A DNA stretch of 63,177 bases, counting the filler, from Babesia bigemina (lineage: Eukaryota): the NCBI RefSeq assembly GCF_000981445.1. It is 8 parts of 8 records of this genome, joined end to end, with 100 filler letters (N's around TTAATTAATTAA, not from the genome) between each part and the next. Parts side by side here need not be neighbours in the genome. Positions count along the whole stretch, not along the records: positions 40,267 to 50,577 come from NW_012237218.1; positions 50,678 to 60,462 come from NW_012237220.1; 6 more parts are not named here. One strand, given 5' to 3'. Position 1 is the stretch's first letter. Each line of letters starts with the position of its first letter. The notes beneath the pieces were generated by a model, which was given only the letters and a program-made list of their open reading frames with translations, was not told where the DNA came from and searched no databases. Made by a program: the position numbers and the translations under genes. This document shows positions 41,790 to 53,608 of this stretch, in pieces.

Positions 41790-42357
41790 AGCTTAGCACT
41801 TTGCCTGGGTGCTAGGTCAACACTTAGCCTGATTGCCAGCTTACCACTTTGCCTGAGTGCTTGCCTAGCACTTTGCCTGGTTGCTAGCTTAGCACGTTGC
41901 CTGGTTGCTAGCTTAGCACTTAGCTTGTGTGCTAGGTTAGCACTTAGCTTGCGTGCCAGCTTAGCACTTTGCCTGGGTGCTAGCTTAGCACTTTGCCTGG
42001 GTGCTAGGTCAACACTTTGCCTGGTTGCCAGCTTAGCACGTTGCCGGGTTGCCAGCTTACCACTTTGCCTGGGTGCTAGGTTAGCACTTTGCCTGTGTGC
42101 TAGCTTAGCACTTTGCCTGGTTGCTAGGTTAACACTTTGCCTGGTTGCTAGCTTATCACTTTGCCTGGTTGCTAGGTTAGCACTTAGCCTGAGTGCCAGT
42201 TTAGCACTTTGCCTAGTTGCTAGCTTAGCACTTAGCCTAGTTGCTAGCTTAGCACTTTGCCTGCGTGCCAGCTTACCACTTTGCCTGGATGCTAGCTTAG
42301 CACTTTGCCTGGGTGCTAGCATAGCACTTAGCTTGGTTGCTAGCTTAGCACTTTGCT
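41790..42357 (+). repeat. 24-bp tandem repeat TTAGCACTTTGCCTGGKTGCTAGC
   Basis: Direct periodicity (8-aa period in the ORF track). Confidence 0.96.
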
Positions 42358-42500
42358 TCGTCGTTAACTCATCACCTAATCTAAACGCTATCTACTTCAC
42401 AGGTTGCCGCTAGAGTAATTCGAGACATTAGACTACGTTTGTTGGTTAGGTGATTAGGTGATATGCTAGGTGAGTGTAGACAGTAAACACGTGATTACGA

Positions 42501-45500
42501 TTATGGTTGTAGGTAAAACACCCTGTTAAGCTTGTTAACGCGTCCAGCAGCAAGCAGTGATTGCGCGGCGATGCGATGTGATGAGGGACTATGTAAATGC
42601 GATTTGATGTGGAGCAGGTCTAGGCGGATGACCATGATGTGGAGCAGGTAGAGGAGAGAGAGGAGCCAGAGTGCGAGGATGGTCCAGAAGAATTTCTGTC
42701 TAATCGTCCAGAAGAAATTGGGTATGGTATTGTTTACGATGTTATAAAGTACATTACCTTCCTTCGTCACAAGTTGCAATAATGTGCAGAAATCTGTGCA
42801 GGTCCTTTTATGTGCGTCACCTGATACACCGCTGAGACTGCTAACGTTATTGTGTATGAAACCATATCTGAAGAATGTAGGACGAATGTACCCGCACTCG
42901 ACAATTGATTTGCAGGCGTCACTGTGTTTCGAGGATGGAGCAAGTGGCTTCGCCTTTGTTTCGCAATCCTTCTTACATTTTCCAATTTTGCACTTCTTAG
43001 AATCCGCACCGCACGTTTTCTGGCAGTCCTCTAGCAACTTTTGAAGCGCAGTGTAGAATGTCTCCGTCAAGTAGACGATCCATGAAAGGTACTTGTCGGC
43101 GTGCTCTTTGGAGAACATAGCACAGGTATCATAGCATAACGGTCTAAGATATGCGCCGCACGGGTGTGATGGATCTGACGCTGGGTTACCGTTGCATTTA
43201 ACAAGAGCATAGAGATCGCCGGTAAGATGGGTACTACTCTGGTCGCCTGTACTGGGATTATGTTTTCCGCTTCTGAACAACGAAGTCATGTCCAAAGTGG
43301 TTTTGGGATTTGCGAAGTCGGCGTCACTAACAGCTTTGTTAAATGCTGCCTCTCTATGTGCTTCACGTTTGGCATTGCGTTTACTGCTGTCATCCCAGTC
43401 AACAAGCAAGCTGTAGTAGAAGCCAAACATCTGGCCAAGCGTTTTGGGAGGAGTAGGAATAACACAATTAAATAAGCTGCAGAGTCTAGTGAGGGGAGAC
43501 ATTTGATTACCACAGTAACCAGCAAGCACATCGACGATACGTTGCCCCGTAGCCCTGTGCGATGCCCTATGACTGATACTTGAAAAACCGAAAGGCGTGA
43601 TACACTCTATGCCGGAATGATCTTTAACCGAACAGACGACTTTGCCCTTTTCGTATTTGAGTTGATGCGGTAGGAACCCTTGCAAACCATCTTCGAGGAA
43701 TGATTGCAATGGAGATTTGACGCCGCACTTAGGGTGCTGGTCGCATCGTTGGTCAGCTCTTTGGTTACCATTTTGGTTGGCTCTTTGCCCACTGTTTTGG
43801 TTGCACGCTTGGTTGGCACATTGGTCGACGTTGCACCGCCAACCTGAGCCACCGACGCCTTGACCATATTCGCAATCAAGCCAGCCACTGAGCTCAGTGT
43901 TATATTGGCACTGGTTATATAGGAAGTGGAGCTGGCGGTAGAGACGGTTGACGACGTCACATATCATGCAAAGCAAGGTGTCCATATTGCTGGGATACAT
44001 TAGAGCTCTGTTGTTTGTGTTGAACTCACACGCGTATACACCGTCACCATGGCCGTGGCCTAGAATGGTTGTGAGCACGTCATGTGAGTAGTGACATACC
44101 ACTGCCAGAGCATCACTCAAGGACGCTGCTGTGATCTTCTGTGGATATGCCTCCAAAGAGTCTGCGTCTTCAAGTTCCACTGGCATATCATCTATTAAAT
44201 GATGCTTGGCTTCGCCATCTTCTGGCTTCTCAAACAATGCACTAAATCCGTCATGTGAGAGCGTTTCGTGGACTGGATTGTACGTGAGACCACAAAGCCA
44301 CTGAAGCATGTCGTAGACGGAAGTAGGATATGTCTTGGCGGAGAAAGTGGATAGGTGACGAACGCTGTAGTAATCGTGGAGGTGGTCGAACAGCTTCTTG
44401 AGGAGTCCATGTTGCTGCTTGCTTTCTTCATCTTTCTTTTCGTCGTATTCGGTAACAAGCTTGTACGTTTGACCATCAATGCCCCTTATGTCTCCATCCA
44501 ACTTCTTGTGAATATGTCCGCCCCTGCACTCCGCCGTGTTCCGCAGCTCACCGTTATGCTTGTTCGGGCCTGAGCAGACAGTGTAACCGCAGCGCTGGAA
44601 AAACCTTCCGAGTGGATTGGTGATTGTATTTCCATGTTGCGCAGTTTCGGTTAGCGAAATAGTTTTGTGCTCCCAGGCAGCGTTTCCTGCGCAGTTTTCC
44701 CGAAGCTCATGCAAACCGTCGAAGAGCGTTTGCAAGCAACTAAAAAACACTTTACCACATTTTAACGCTTCTTCAGTAGGCTCTTTTTCTTGAGTCTTAG
44801 ACCTCTCAACGTCCTTCACCCAGGTAATTTCTTTCCCCGAGTACCTGCTGACGTACTGCTTCGCGAGCTCCCCGTGGAACGCCCGGACGCCGGCCTTGAC
44901 GACGTTGAGCAGCGGGGAGGCCTCGGCGAACTTTGCGGGGGTGAGGGCGGTGAGCTGCGTTTGGAGGTCGGCGAGGCGCAGGGAGACGGCGGCAGAGAAG
45001 TGGCGTTGGGAGTGCATTGTGGACAGGAGGGCGGAGAGGGCGCCGGTGAGGGGGGTGAGTTTACCTTGGACAGGGAGGATGTCTTGTTGGTCTTTGAAGT
45101 CATCGAAGAATGCATCACAAAATACTTTTACTCTGTTAGCATATGTCTGAAGTTCATCGTTTGGACGTTTTAAGCCTTTTGTGTTGAAAGTGCTACTCAG
45201 CTTGTTCATCAGGCCTTTGAGGCCGGACGCGGAGTCGGCGGTGATGATGGCTTGGATTTGGGAGATATAGGTGGCTACACTAGCTTGCAATAATACCAAT
45301 TCCACTTGTCTTTGCTTTGAAAACATTGTTTTGATGGCATCCTCCATGTCATTGAATGCTTGATTCATGCGCTTTTGCAGGTTACTTTGAAGGCTTGGCA
45401 GTGCCAAACTCGTCGTGTCCCGAGCGCCATCGAAAGATGTTTGAAGGCGTAAAATGGCACTGTTAATGGATTCTTCGGCGGCTTTTACATTCTCAGCGAT

Positions 45501-47906
45501 CGTATTGATTCTGTTTTGTACATCTTCGGTGTCTTTCGCAAGGCAATTCATAACATTTTGTGCCACTTTCTGTGCCGCATCAATCGCAGTTGGCAATTTG
45601 TCGAGGTCATTATTGATTGTGTCAAATACTTTTTGAATGGCTTGTCGGATTTTGCCGCTGTGGTTGGCAGACAATTCCTTAGTTTTCAAATTAGCGATTT
45701 CTTGACGTAGTTTACCTAAGCTATCGGATGAGTCGCCAGATTTATCAATTTTTGTTCTCTTAAACGCAGTTAGAATTGGCCTAAGGCCATCCGGTTCATC
45801 GGATTCTCTCCTAATGACCTCGACGAGGCTGTCGAACGGCTCTTTGATGCGTTTTCCTAGGACATCTATTTCTTCTTTGTCTTTCATGAAATCGCTGCTA
45901 AACCTCCGAACACCTTGTATTATATCGTTGAACGTATTGTATGCATCGTGAAGATTTTCCACGTATGTACTACCATTAGCGCTCACGTCACGGTTTGATA
46001 TGCGTGACTGACGTTTATTACCTTGTAATTGATTGTAAAGATGTCCAGATAATTGCGAAGCATCTTGTAAAGACTTGTGAAGTGGATTAATCATTTCTTG
46101 TAAAATGCCATTGTCACATTTTATATCTAGCACTTTGAATTCCATCATGCTTCTCCGAATATCGGTTTTCAGAGTACTTACTATTTCTGATAATACACGC
46201 TTCACTGCAGCGACATATGTGGCAACCTTTGATACCAAAGGAGTGTGATTTTTCTGATCAAATTGTTCAATCTCAACGTGTAATTTTTTTAGATCATTAC
46301 ATGCTTGAATGAGGGAGCTATTATTTGATTGTGAAAAAGAATACGACGCTTTGGGTTTGCTATTATTGGTTGAAATGTGCTGCGCAGTCACGATTAGCTG
46401 CCTCGAAATATCTTTTAATTTCTTGTTGTATTCTTGAACAGTCTGTATGTGGCCATGACTACGATTGGCAATACCTGCAGTTGATCCACTAGAAAACTGT
46501 TCTAAAATATCATCAACCAACTTAATCACAGCAACGCCAAGATTCTCCAGCGCATACATGGCTTCGTAGGCGTAGCTTTCAAGTTGTCTTTTATTAAGAT
46601 CTACATAATACTGTTGCATCTGTTCTGCCAACCTTTGCACCGCATTCTCGATTTGTACTCTATTATTCGGCGTTTTGTTACCCGTCACTTCATTAATGAT
46701 TTCGGCAACATTGGTCAACGCACTAGTCATTGTCTCATCTGCCTTATGAATTAAAGATTCCAAATTCCAAAGATGTTGGCTAAGTGTATTACCAACATCA
46801 TGTACCTGTGTCAAAACTGACTCAACTTTCTCTTTAAATTTCGATGTTATTCCTTCAATTGGCGCATCATCATCATCAGGATCAAAATCTTTTATCGCGT
46901 CCTTCAATGACGTAAATTCTTTTTGAAGGTGGATCATGAAAGTATTGTTTATATCCGTAATTATTCCATCGGAAAGGTCGATCGCATCGCGTATATTTTT
47001 ATCGACATATTCGAACTGACCCCGTTTCACTTGCCTTAACTGCTCGATACTACTACCGATAGATATAAAATTTTTCCGCAACGCTTCGCTGATCTCCTGT
47101 ATATGAGTTTGTATGCGCTCATTGACTCCACTACGCTGCCTCGTGAACTTCTCACTCAAATCCTTAACGGACTGGTCGACGGCGGGATCATTCACCGAAT
47201 TCCACAAAGTGTCGACAGCCTGCTTTACGAATCCAATTTTAACGTCTAGTTTATGCCTCACATATTCGTCAACGTCATTTAACGCCAATTCAGAATCTAA
47301 TACATTACCAAGATAGTCCCCAGCAAAAGTCTGCCAATTTTTTAACTGATCGGTAAGTGGCTTATTTCGTAAGGAAGCAGATATATGCCCCTTTATTCTT
47401 AATTGTAGGTTTTCTAACGGTGTCATTATCGCTTTATGTTTCCCCTCCACCCCGCTCACCCATTGCCTAATCCCCTGACTGACGGCGGCAATACTACTAT
47501 CAAAATGCGTTTTTCTATTATATTTAGCGAGTTTAATTTTATCAAGTATTTCAGGTAATTTGCTATTGTATTTCTCAAGGTTTTTGTCGTTTTTTACGTC
47601 AGTGATTATACTAAGCAAAAATCCCATCACCCCGTCACACAGCCTGTCAAGGTCAGAGTACACTATCCCACTGCCGTCGTAGCCTTTAGTCTCAGGGTTG
47701 AAGCCGAGGAAAGTTTCGAGGCCAGTGCAAAGGTTATTAAAAATGTTAGTAGGGTTGTTATTTGAGGTAATTTTAGGGTTTTAAATTTTGTCAAATTTCT
47801 TGCCAAGCTCCCTAGGCGGCACATGGTCAGGGCAGTGGCAAGCGGTGGAAGAGGGGAAGTGAAGGGTGACAAGGCACAAGTTATTAGGATGGTTTATAGA
47901 GGTCAT
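42501..47906 (-). pseudogene. ves1: VESA1-family gene; leader ATG 47906 is in frame with the 1720-aa body but blocked by one TAA at 47783-47781
   Basis: Manual translation gives MTSINHPNNLCLVTLHFPSSTACHCPDHVPPRELGKKFDKI*NPKITSNNNPTNIFNNLCTGLETFLGFNPETKGYDGSGIVYSDLDRLCD. The body has the GHGH subtype, TM and tail. Confidence 0.75.
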
Positions 47907-47935
47907 AACGGTATTATGGCGAGGTGATTCGAGGG

Positions 47936-50577
47936 ATGTAGAGTGGGTAAAGGAGCGATGTGGAGTGGATAGAGGGGCGATGTAGAGTGGGTTAAGGGGC
48001 GATGTAGAGTGGGTTAGGGAGCGATGTAGAGTGGATAAAGGGGCGATGTAGAGTGGATAAGGGAGCGATGTAGAGTGGGTTAAGGGGGCGATGTGGAGTG
48101 GGTAAAGGGGCGATGTAGAGTGGGTAAAGGGGCGATGTAGAGTGGGTAAAGGGGCGATGGAGAGTGGGTAAAGGGGCGATGGAGAGTGGGTAAAGGGGCG
48201 ATGTAGAGTGGATTAGGGAGCGATGTAGAGTGGGTAAGGAGCGATGTAGAGTGGATAAGGGAGCGATGTGGAGTGGGTTAGGGAGCGATGTAGAGTGGAT
48301 AAAGGGGCGATGTGGAGTGGGTTAGGGAGCGATGTGGAGTGGACAGAGGAGCGATGTGGAGTGGATAAGGGAGCGATGTAGAGTGGGTTAGGGAGCGATG
48401 AGAAGTGGGTAAAGGGGCGATGAAGAGTGGATAAGGGAGCGATGTAGAGTGGGTTAGGGAGCGATGTGGAGTGGGTTAAGGAGCGATGTGGAGTGGGTAA
48501 AGGAGCGATGTGGAGTGGGTTAAGGGGCGATGTAGGGTGGATAAAGGAGCGGTGTAGAGTGGATAAAGGAGCGATGTGGAGTGGGTTAAGGGGCGATGTG
48601 GAGTGGATAAAGGGGCGATGTAGAGTGGGTTAGGGAGCGATGTAGAGTGGACAAAGGAGCGATGTAGAGTGGGTTAGGGAGCGATGTAGAGTGGGTTAGG
48701 GAGCGATGTAGAGTGGGTTAAGGGGCGATGTAGAGTGGGTTAAGGAGCGATGTAGGGTGGATAAGGGGCGATGTAGAGTGGGTTAAGGGGCGATGTAGAG
48801 TGGGTAAGGGAGCGATGTGGAGTGGGTTAGGTAGCGATGTAGAGTGGATTAAGGAGCGATGTAGAGTGGGTAAAGGGGCGATGTAGAGTGGATTAGGGAG
48901 CGATGTAGAGTGGGTAAAGGGGCGATGTAGAGTGGGTTAAGGGGCGATGTAGAGTGGGTTAAGGGGCGATGTAGAGTGGGTTAAGGAGCGATGTAGAGTG
49001 GGTTAAGGGGCGATGTAGAGTGGATTAGGGAGCGATGTGGAGTGGATAAAGGAGCGATGTAGAGTGGGTTAAGGGGCGATGTAGAGTGGGTAAAGGGGCG
49101 ATGTGGAGTGGATCAAGGAGCGATGTAGAGTGGATAAAGGGGCGATGTAGAGTGGGTTAGGGAGCGATGTAGAGTGGGTTAAGGAGCGATGTGGAGTGGA
49201 TAAAGGAGCGATGTGGAGTGGGTTAGGGAGCGATGTCGAGTGGATAAGGTGCGATGTAGAGTGGATAAGGGGCGATGTGGAGTGGATAAAGGGGCGGTGT
49301 AGAGTGGGTTAGGGAGCGATGTAGAGTGGGTTAAGGAGCGATGCAGGGTGGGTTAGGGAGCGATGCAGGGTGGATAAAGGGGCGATGAAGAGTGGGTTAG
49401 GGAGCGATGTAGGGTGGGTAAAGGGGCGATGTGGAGTGGGTTAAGGGGCGATGTAGAGTGGATAAGGGAGCGATGTAGAGCGGATAAGGGGCGATGTAGA
49501 GTGGATTAAGGGGCGATGTAGAGTGGATAAGGAGCGATGAGGAGTGGGTTAAGGAGCGATGTAGAGTGGGTTAGGGAGCGATGTAGAGTGGATAGAGGAG
49601 CGATGTAGAGTGGATAAAGGGGCGATGTGGAGTGGATAAGGGGCGATGTGGAGTGGATAAGGGGCGATGTGGAGTGGGTTAAGGGGCGATGTAGAGTGGG
49701 TTAAGGGGCGATGAGGAGTGGATAAAGGTGGGATGTAGAGTGGATAAAGGGGCGATGTAGAGTGGGTTAGGGAGCGATGTAGAGTGGGTTAGGGAGCGAT
49801 GTGGAGTGGGTTAAGGGGCGATGTAGAATGGATAGAGGAGCGATGTAGAGTGGGTAAAGGAGCGATGTGGAGTGGGTTAGGGAGCGATGTAGAGTGGATA
49901 AAGGGGCGATGTGGAGTGGTTAAAGGGGCGATGAAGAGTGGATAAAGGGGCGATGTAGAGTGGGTTAAGGGGCGATGTAGAGTGGGTTAGGGAGCGATGT
50001 GGAGTGGATAAAGGAGCGATGTAGAGTGGGTTAGGGAGCGATGTAGAGTGGATTAGGGAGCGATGTAGAGTGGGTTAGGGAGCGATGTAGAGTGGGTTAG
50101 GGAGCGATGTAGAGTGGATAAAGGGGCGATGTAGAGTGGATAAGGGAGCGATGTAGAGTGGGTTAGGGAGCGATGTAGAGTGGGTTAGGGAGCGATGTAG
50201 AGTGGATAAAGGGGCGATGTAGGGTGGATTAGGGAGCGATGTGGAGTGGATAAAGGGGCGATGTAGAGTGGGTTAGGGAGCGATGTAGAGTGGGTAAAGG
50301 GGCGATGTAGAGTGGGTTAGGGAGCGATGTAGAGTGGGTAAAGGGGCGATGTGGAGTGGATAAAGGGGCGATGTAGAGTGGGTTAGGGAGCGATGTAGAG
50401 TGGATAAGGGAGCGATGTAGAGTGGATAAAGGGGCGATGTGGAGTGGGTTAGGGAGCGATGTAGAGTGGGTTAGGGAGCGATGAGGAGTGGATAAAGGTG
50501 GGATGTAGAATGGATAAAGGGGCGATGTAGAGTGGGTTAGGGAGCGATGTAGAGTGGGTTAGGGAGCGATGTGGAGT
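47936..50577 (+). repeat. Long ~22-bp satellite running into gap
   Basis: Direct periodicity. Confidence 0.98.
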
Positions 50578-50677
50578 NNNNNNNNNNNNNNNNNNNNNNN
50601 NNNNNNNNNNNNNNNNNNNNNTTAATTAATTAANNNNNNNNNNNNNNNNNNNNNNNNNNNNNNNNNNNNNNNNNNNN
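50578..50677. other. Artificial contig linker
   Basis: N44-TTAATTAATTAA-N44. Confidence 0.99.
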
Positions 50678-51876
50678 GATGTAGAGTGGATAAAGGAGCG
50701 ATGTAGAGTGGATTAGGGAGCGATGTGGAGTGGTAAGGGAGCGATGTAGAGTGGATAAAGGGGCGATGTAGAGTGGATAAGGAGCGATGTAGAGTGGGTT
50801 AGGGAGCGATGTAGAGTGGGTTAAGGGGCGATGTGGAGTGGAGTAAGGAGCGATGTAGAGTGGGTAAAGGGGCGATGAAGAGTGGGTTAAGGGGCGATGA
50901 GGAGTGGATGAAGGGGCGATGTAGAGTGGGTTAAGGGGCGATGTAAGGTGGGTAAAGGGGCGATGTAGAGTGGGTTAAGGGGCGATGTAGAGTGGATAAG
51001 GGAGCGATGTAGAGTGGAGAAAGGAGCGATGTAGAGTGGGTAAAGGGGCGATGTAGAGTGGGTTAAGGGGCGATGTAGAGTGGATAAGGGAGCGATGTAG
51101 AGTGGGTTAAGGGGCGATGTAGAGTGGATAAAGGGGCGATGTAGAGTGGGTAAAGGAGCGATGTAGAGTGGGTTAGGGAGCGATGTAGAATGAGTTAAGG
51201 AGCGATGTAGAGTGGATAAAGGGGCGATGTGGAGTGGGTTAGGGAGCGATGTGGAGTGGGTTAGGGAGCGATGTAGAGTGGGTTAAGGGGCGATGTAGAG
51301 TGGGTTAGGGAGCAATGTAGAGTGCGTTAGGGATCGATGTAGAGTGGGTAAAGGGGCGATGTAGAGTGGATAAGGGGCGATGTAGAGTGGATAAAGGGGC
51401 GATGTAGAGTGGGTAAAGGTGCGATGTAGAGTGGATAAAGGGGCGATGTAGAGTGGGTAAAGGAGCGATGTAGAGTGGGTTAGGGACGATGTAGAGTGGT
51501 TAAGGGAGCGATGTAGAGTGGGTAAAAGGGCGATGTAGAGTGGATAAAGGGGCGATGTAGAGTGGAGAAAGGGGCGATGTAGAGTGGGTTAGGGAGCGAT
51601 GTAGAGTGGGTTAAGGGGCGATGTGGAGTGGGTAAAGGGGCGATGTAGAGTGGATAAAGGGGCGATGTAGAGTGGGTTAGGGAGGGATGTGGAGTGGGTT
51701 AAGGAGCGATGTAGAGTGGATAAAGGGGCGATGTAGAGTGGGTAAAGGGGCGATGTGGAGTGGGTAAAGGGGCGATGTGGAGTGGGTTAGGGAGCGATGT
51801 AGAGTGGATAAAGGAGCGATGTAGAGTGGGTAAAGGAGCGATGTGGAGTGGGTTAGGGAGCGATGTAGAGTGGATG
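50678..51876 (+). repeat. ~22-bp satellite
   Basis: Direct periodicity. Confidence 0.98.
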
Positions 51877-51893
51877 ATAAATACCACTTAGCT

Positions 51894-52449
51894 CACCATG
51901 ACATCGCTGCCGTGACCATCAACTGTCATCGCTGCTGTAACCATGTCATCGCTGCCGTGACCATATCATCGCTGCCGTGTCCATGTCTTCGCTGCCGTGT
52001 CCATGTCACCGCTGCCGTGTCCATGTCTTCGCTGCCGTGTCCATGTCTTCGCTGCCGTGTCCATGTCATCGCTGCCGTGACCATGTCACCGCTGCCGTAA
52101 CCATGTCACCGCTGCCGTAACCATGTCATCGCTGCCGTGACCATGTCATCGCTGTCGTGACCATGTCATTGCTGCCGTGTCCATGTCATTGCTGCCGTGT
52201 CCATGTCATTGCTGCCGTGACCATGTCATCGCTGCCGTGACCATGTCATCGCTGCCGTGACCATGTCATCGCTGCCGTGTCCATGTCATCGCTGCCGTAA
52301 CCATGTCATCGCTGCCGTGACCATGTCCTCGCTGCCGTAACCGTATCATCGCTGCCGTGACCATAACCATGTCATCGCTGCCGTAACCATGTCATCGCTG
52401 TCGTAACCATGTCACCGCTGTCGTAACCATGTCATCGCTGCCGTAACCA
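51894..52449 (+). repeat. 20-bp tandem repeat CCATGTCATCGCTGCCGTRW
   Basis: Direct periodicity; longest copy in the window. Confidence 0.96.
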
Positions 52450-52454
52450 TCAAC

Positions 52455-52990
52455 TTGATCACCACCTTGGTCAGCACGTTGGTCATGGCATTGGTCATGG
52501 CATTGGTCAGCACATTGGTCAGCACATAGGTCAGCACATAGGTCACCACTTTGTTCACCACCTTGGTCATGGCATTGGTCAGCACATTGGTCAACACGTT
52601 GGTCACCACTTTGGTCGTGGCATTGGTCATGGCATTGGTCAGCACATTGGTCAACACGTTGGTCACCACTTTGGTCGTGGCATTGGTCGTGGCATTGGTC
52701 GTGGCATTGGTCAGCACTTTGGTCAGCACGTTGGTCAACACTTTGGTCAGCACTTTGGTCAGCACGTTGGTCAACACTTTGGGCAGCACATTGGTCACCA
52801 CCTTGGTCAGCACTTTGGTCATGGCATTGGTCACCACTTTGGTCATGGCATTGGTCACCACTTTGGTTATGACATTGGTCAGCACGTTGGTCAGCACTTT
52901 GGTCAGCACGTTGGTCAACACTTTGGGCAGCACATTGGTCACCACCTTGGTCAGCACTTTGGTCATGGCATTGGTCAGCACTTTAGTCAT
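52455..52990 (+). repeat. 12-bp tandem repeat
   Basis: Direct periodicity. Confidence 0.96.
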
Positions 52991-53100
52991 GTGATTTGTC
53001 ATCAACGCAATCAATACTGTCTAGACATTAGATGTCAGTTGCCAGTTAGGTGATCGGTGGGATTTTGATTAATGATTTATGCGCCAGTAAATCGTTGAGT

Positions 53101-53607
53101 TCAGCTGTAGAACGCGATGCAGAAGGGTATCTTGCGTACGAGGAAATCGCGGATGTTGCGGCCCACGGGGAAGCGGAAGATGCACAGGTCGAGCAGGATG
53201 ATGACGACTATGATGGCAACGATGATGGCGGCGATGGTTTCCGGGGGAAGGGGGGGAAGTGAAGAATTGTTTTTTCGTTCAAGAGCCTCGACACGGGGTG
53301 GGAGCTCTTCGGTGACCTTAGGATGCTCTTGACCTGGGCGAGAGGGGGAAGCAACGGGAGGCGGTGGACGTTTCTGTAAGCAACATTCACATTCACATTT
53401 AGCAGGGTTGGGGCACTTGTTTTTTTGCTTTTGACATCCTTTATAATCACATCGCTTCTTAAGCCGGTTCACATAGGAATATGCCTCACATAATTTGCAA
53501 CCGTTATAAATGTCTTTACTACATATTTCACAACACCATGGACAGCAGATACAATTAGTATACTGACACGTCGTAGGACAACTACACTTCTGCCCAAAAC
53601 CACTCAT
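53101..53607 (-). CDS. Small Cys/Lys-rich, Pro-linker, single-TM protein (168 aa), probably a short ves-related membrane antigen
   Basis: ATG-initiated unique ORF with a dense Cys/Lys N-terminal half, Pro-rich stalk, hydrophobic IAAIIVAIIVVIILLDLCIF and a short basic tail. It is followed by the class-A satellite cassette like the large ves genes. Confidence 0.75.
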   Translation of the reverse strand: MSGFGQKCSCPTTCQYTNCICCPWCCEICSKDIYNGCKLCEAYSYVNRLKKRCDYKGCQKQKNKCPNPAKCECECCLQKRPPPPVASPSRPGQEHPKVTEELPPRVEALERKNNSSLPPLPPETIAAIIVAIIVVIILLDLCIFRFPVGRNIRDFLVRKIPFCIAFYS

Positions 53608-53608
53608 C

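Noticed and set aside
41666..42413. RQSAKLAP / LALCLGAS repeat proteins (also 55458-56195)
   Set aside because: They are 24-bp repeat translations open on both strands, and their starts and ends are not conserved between the two copies.
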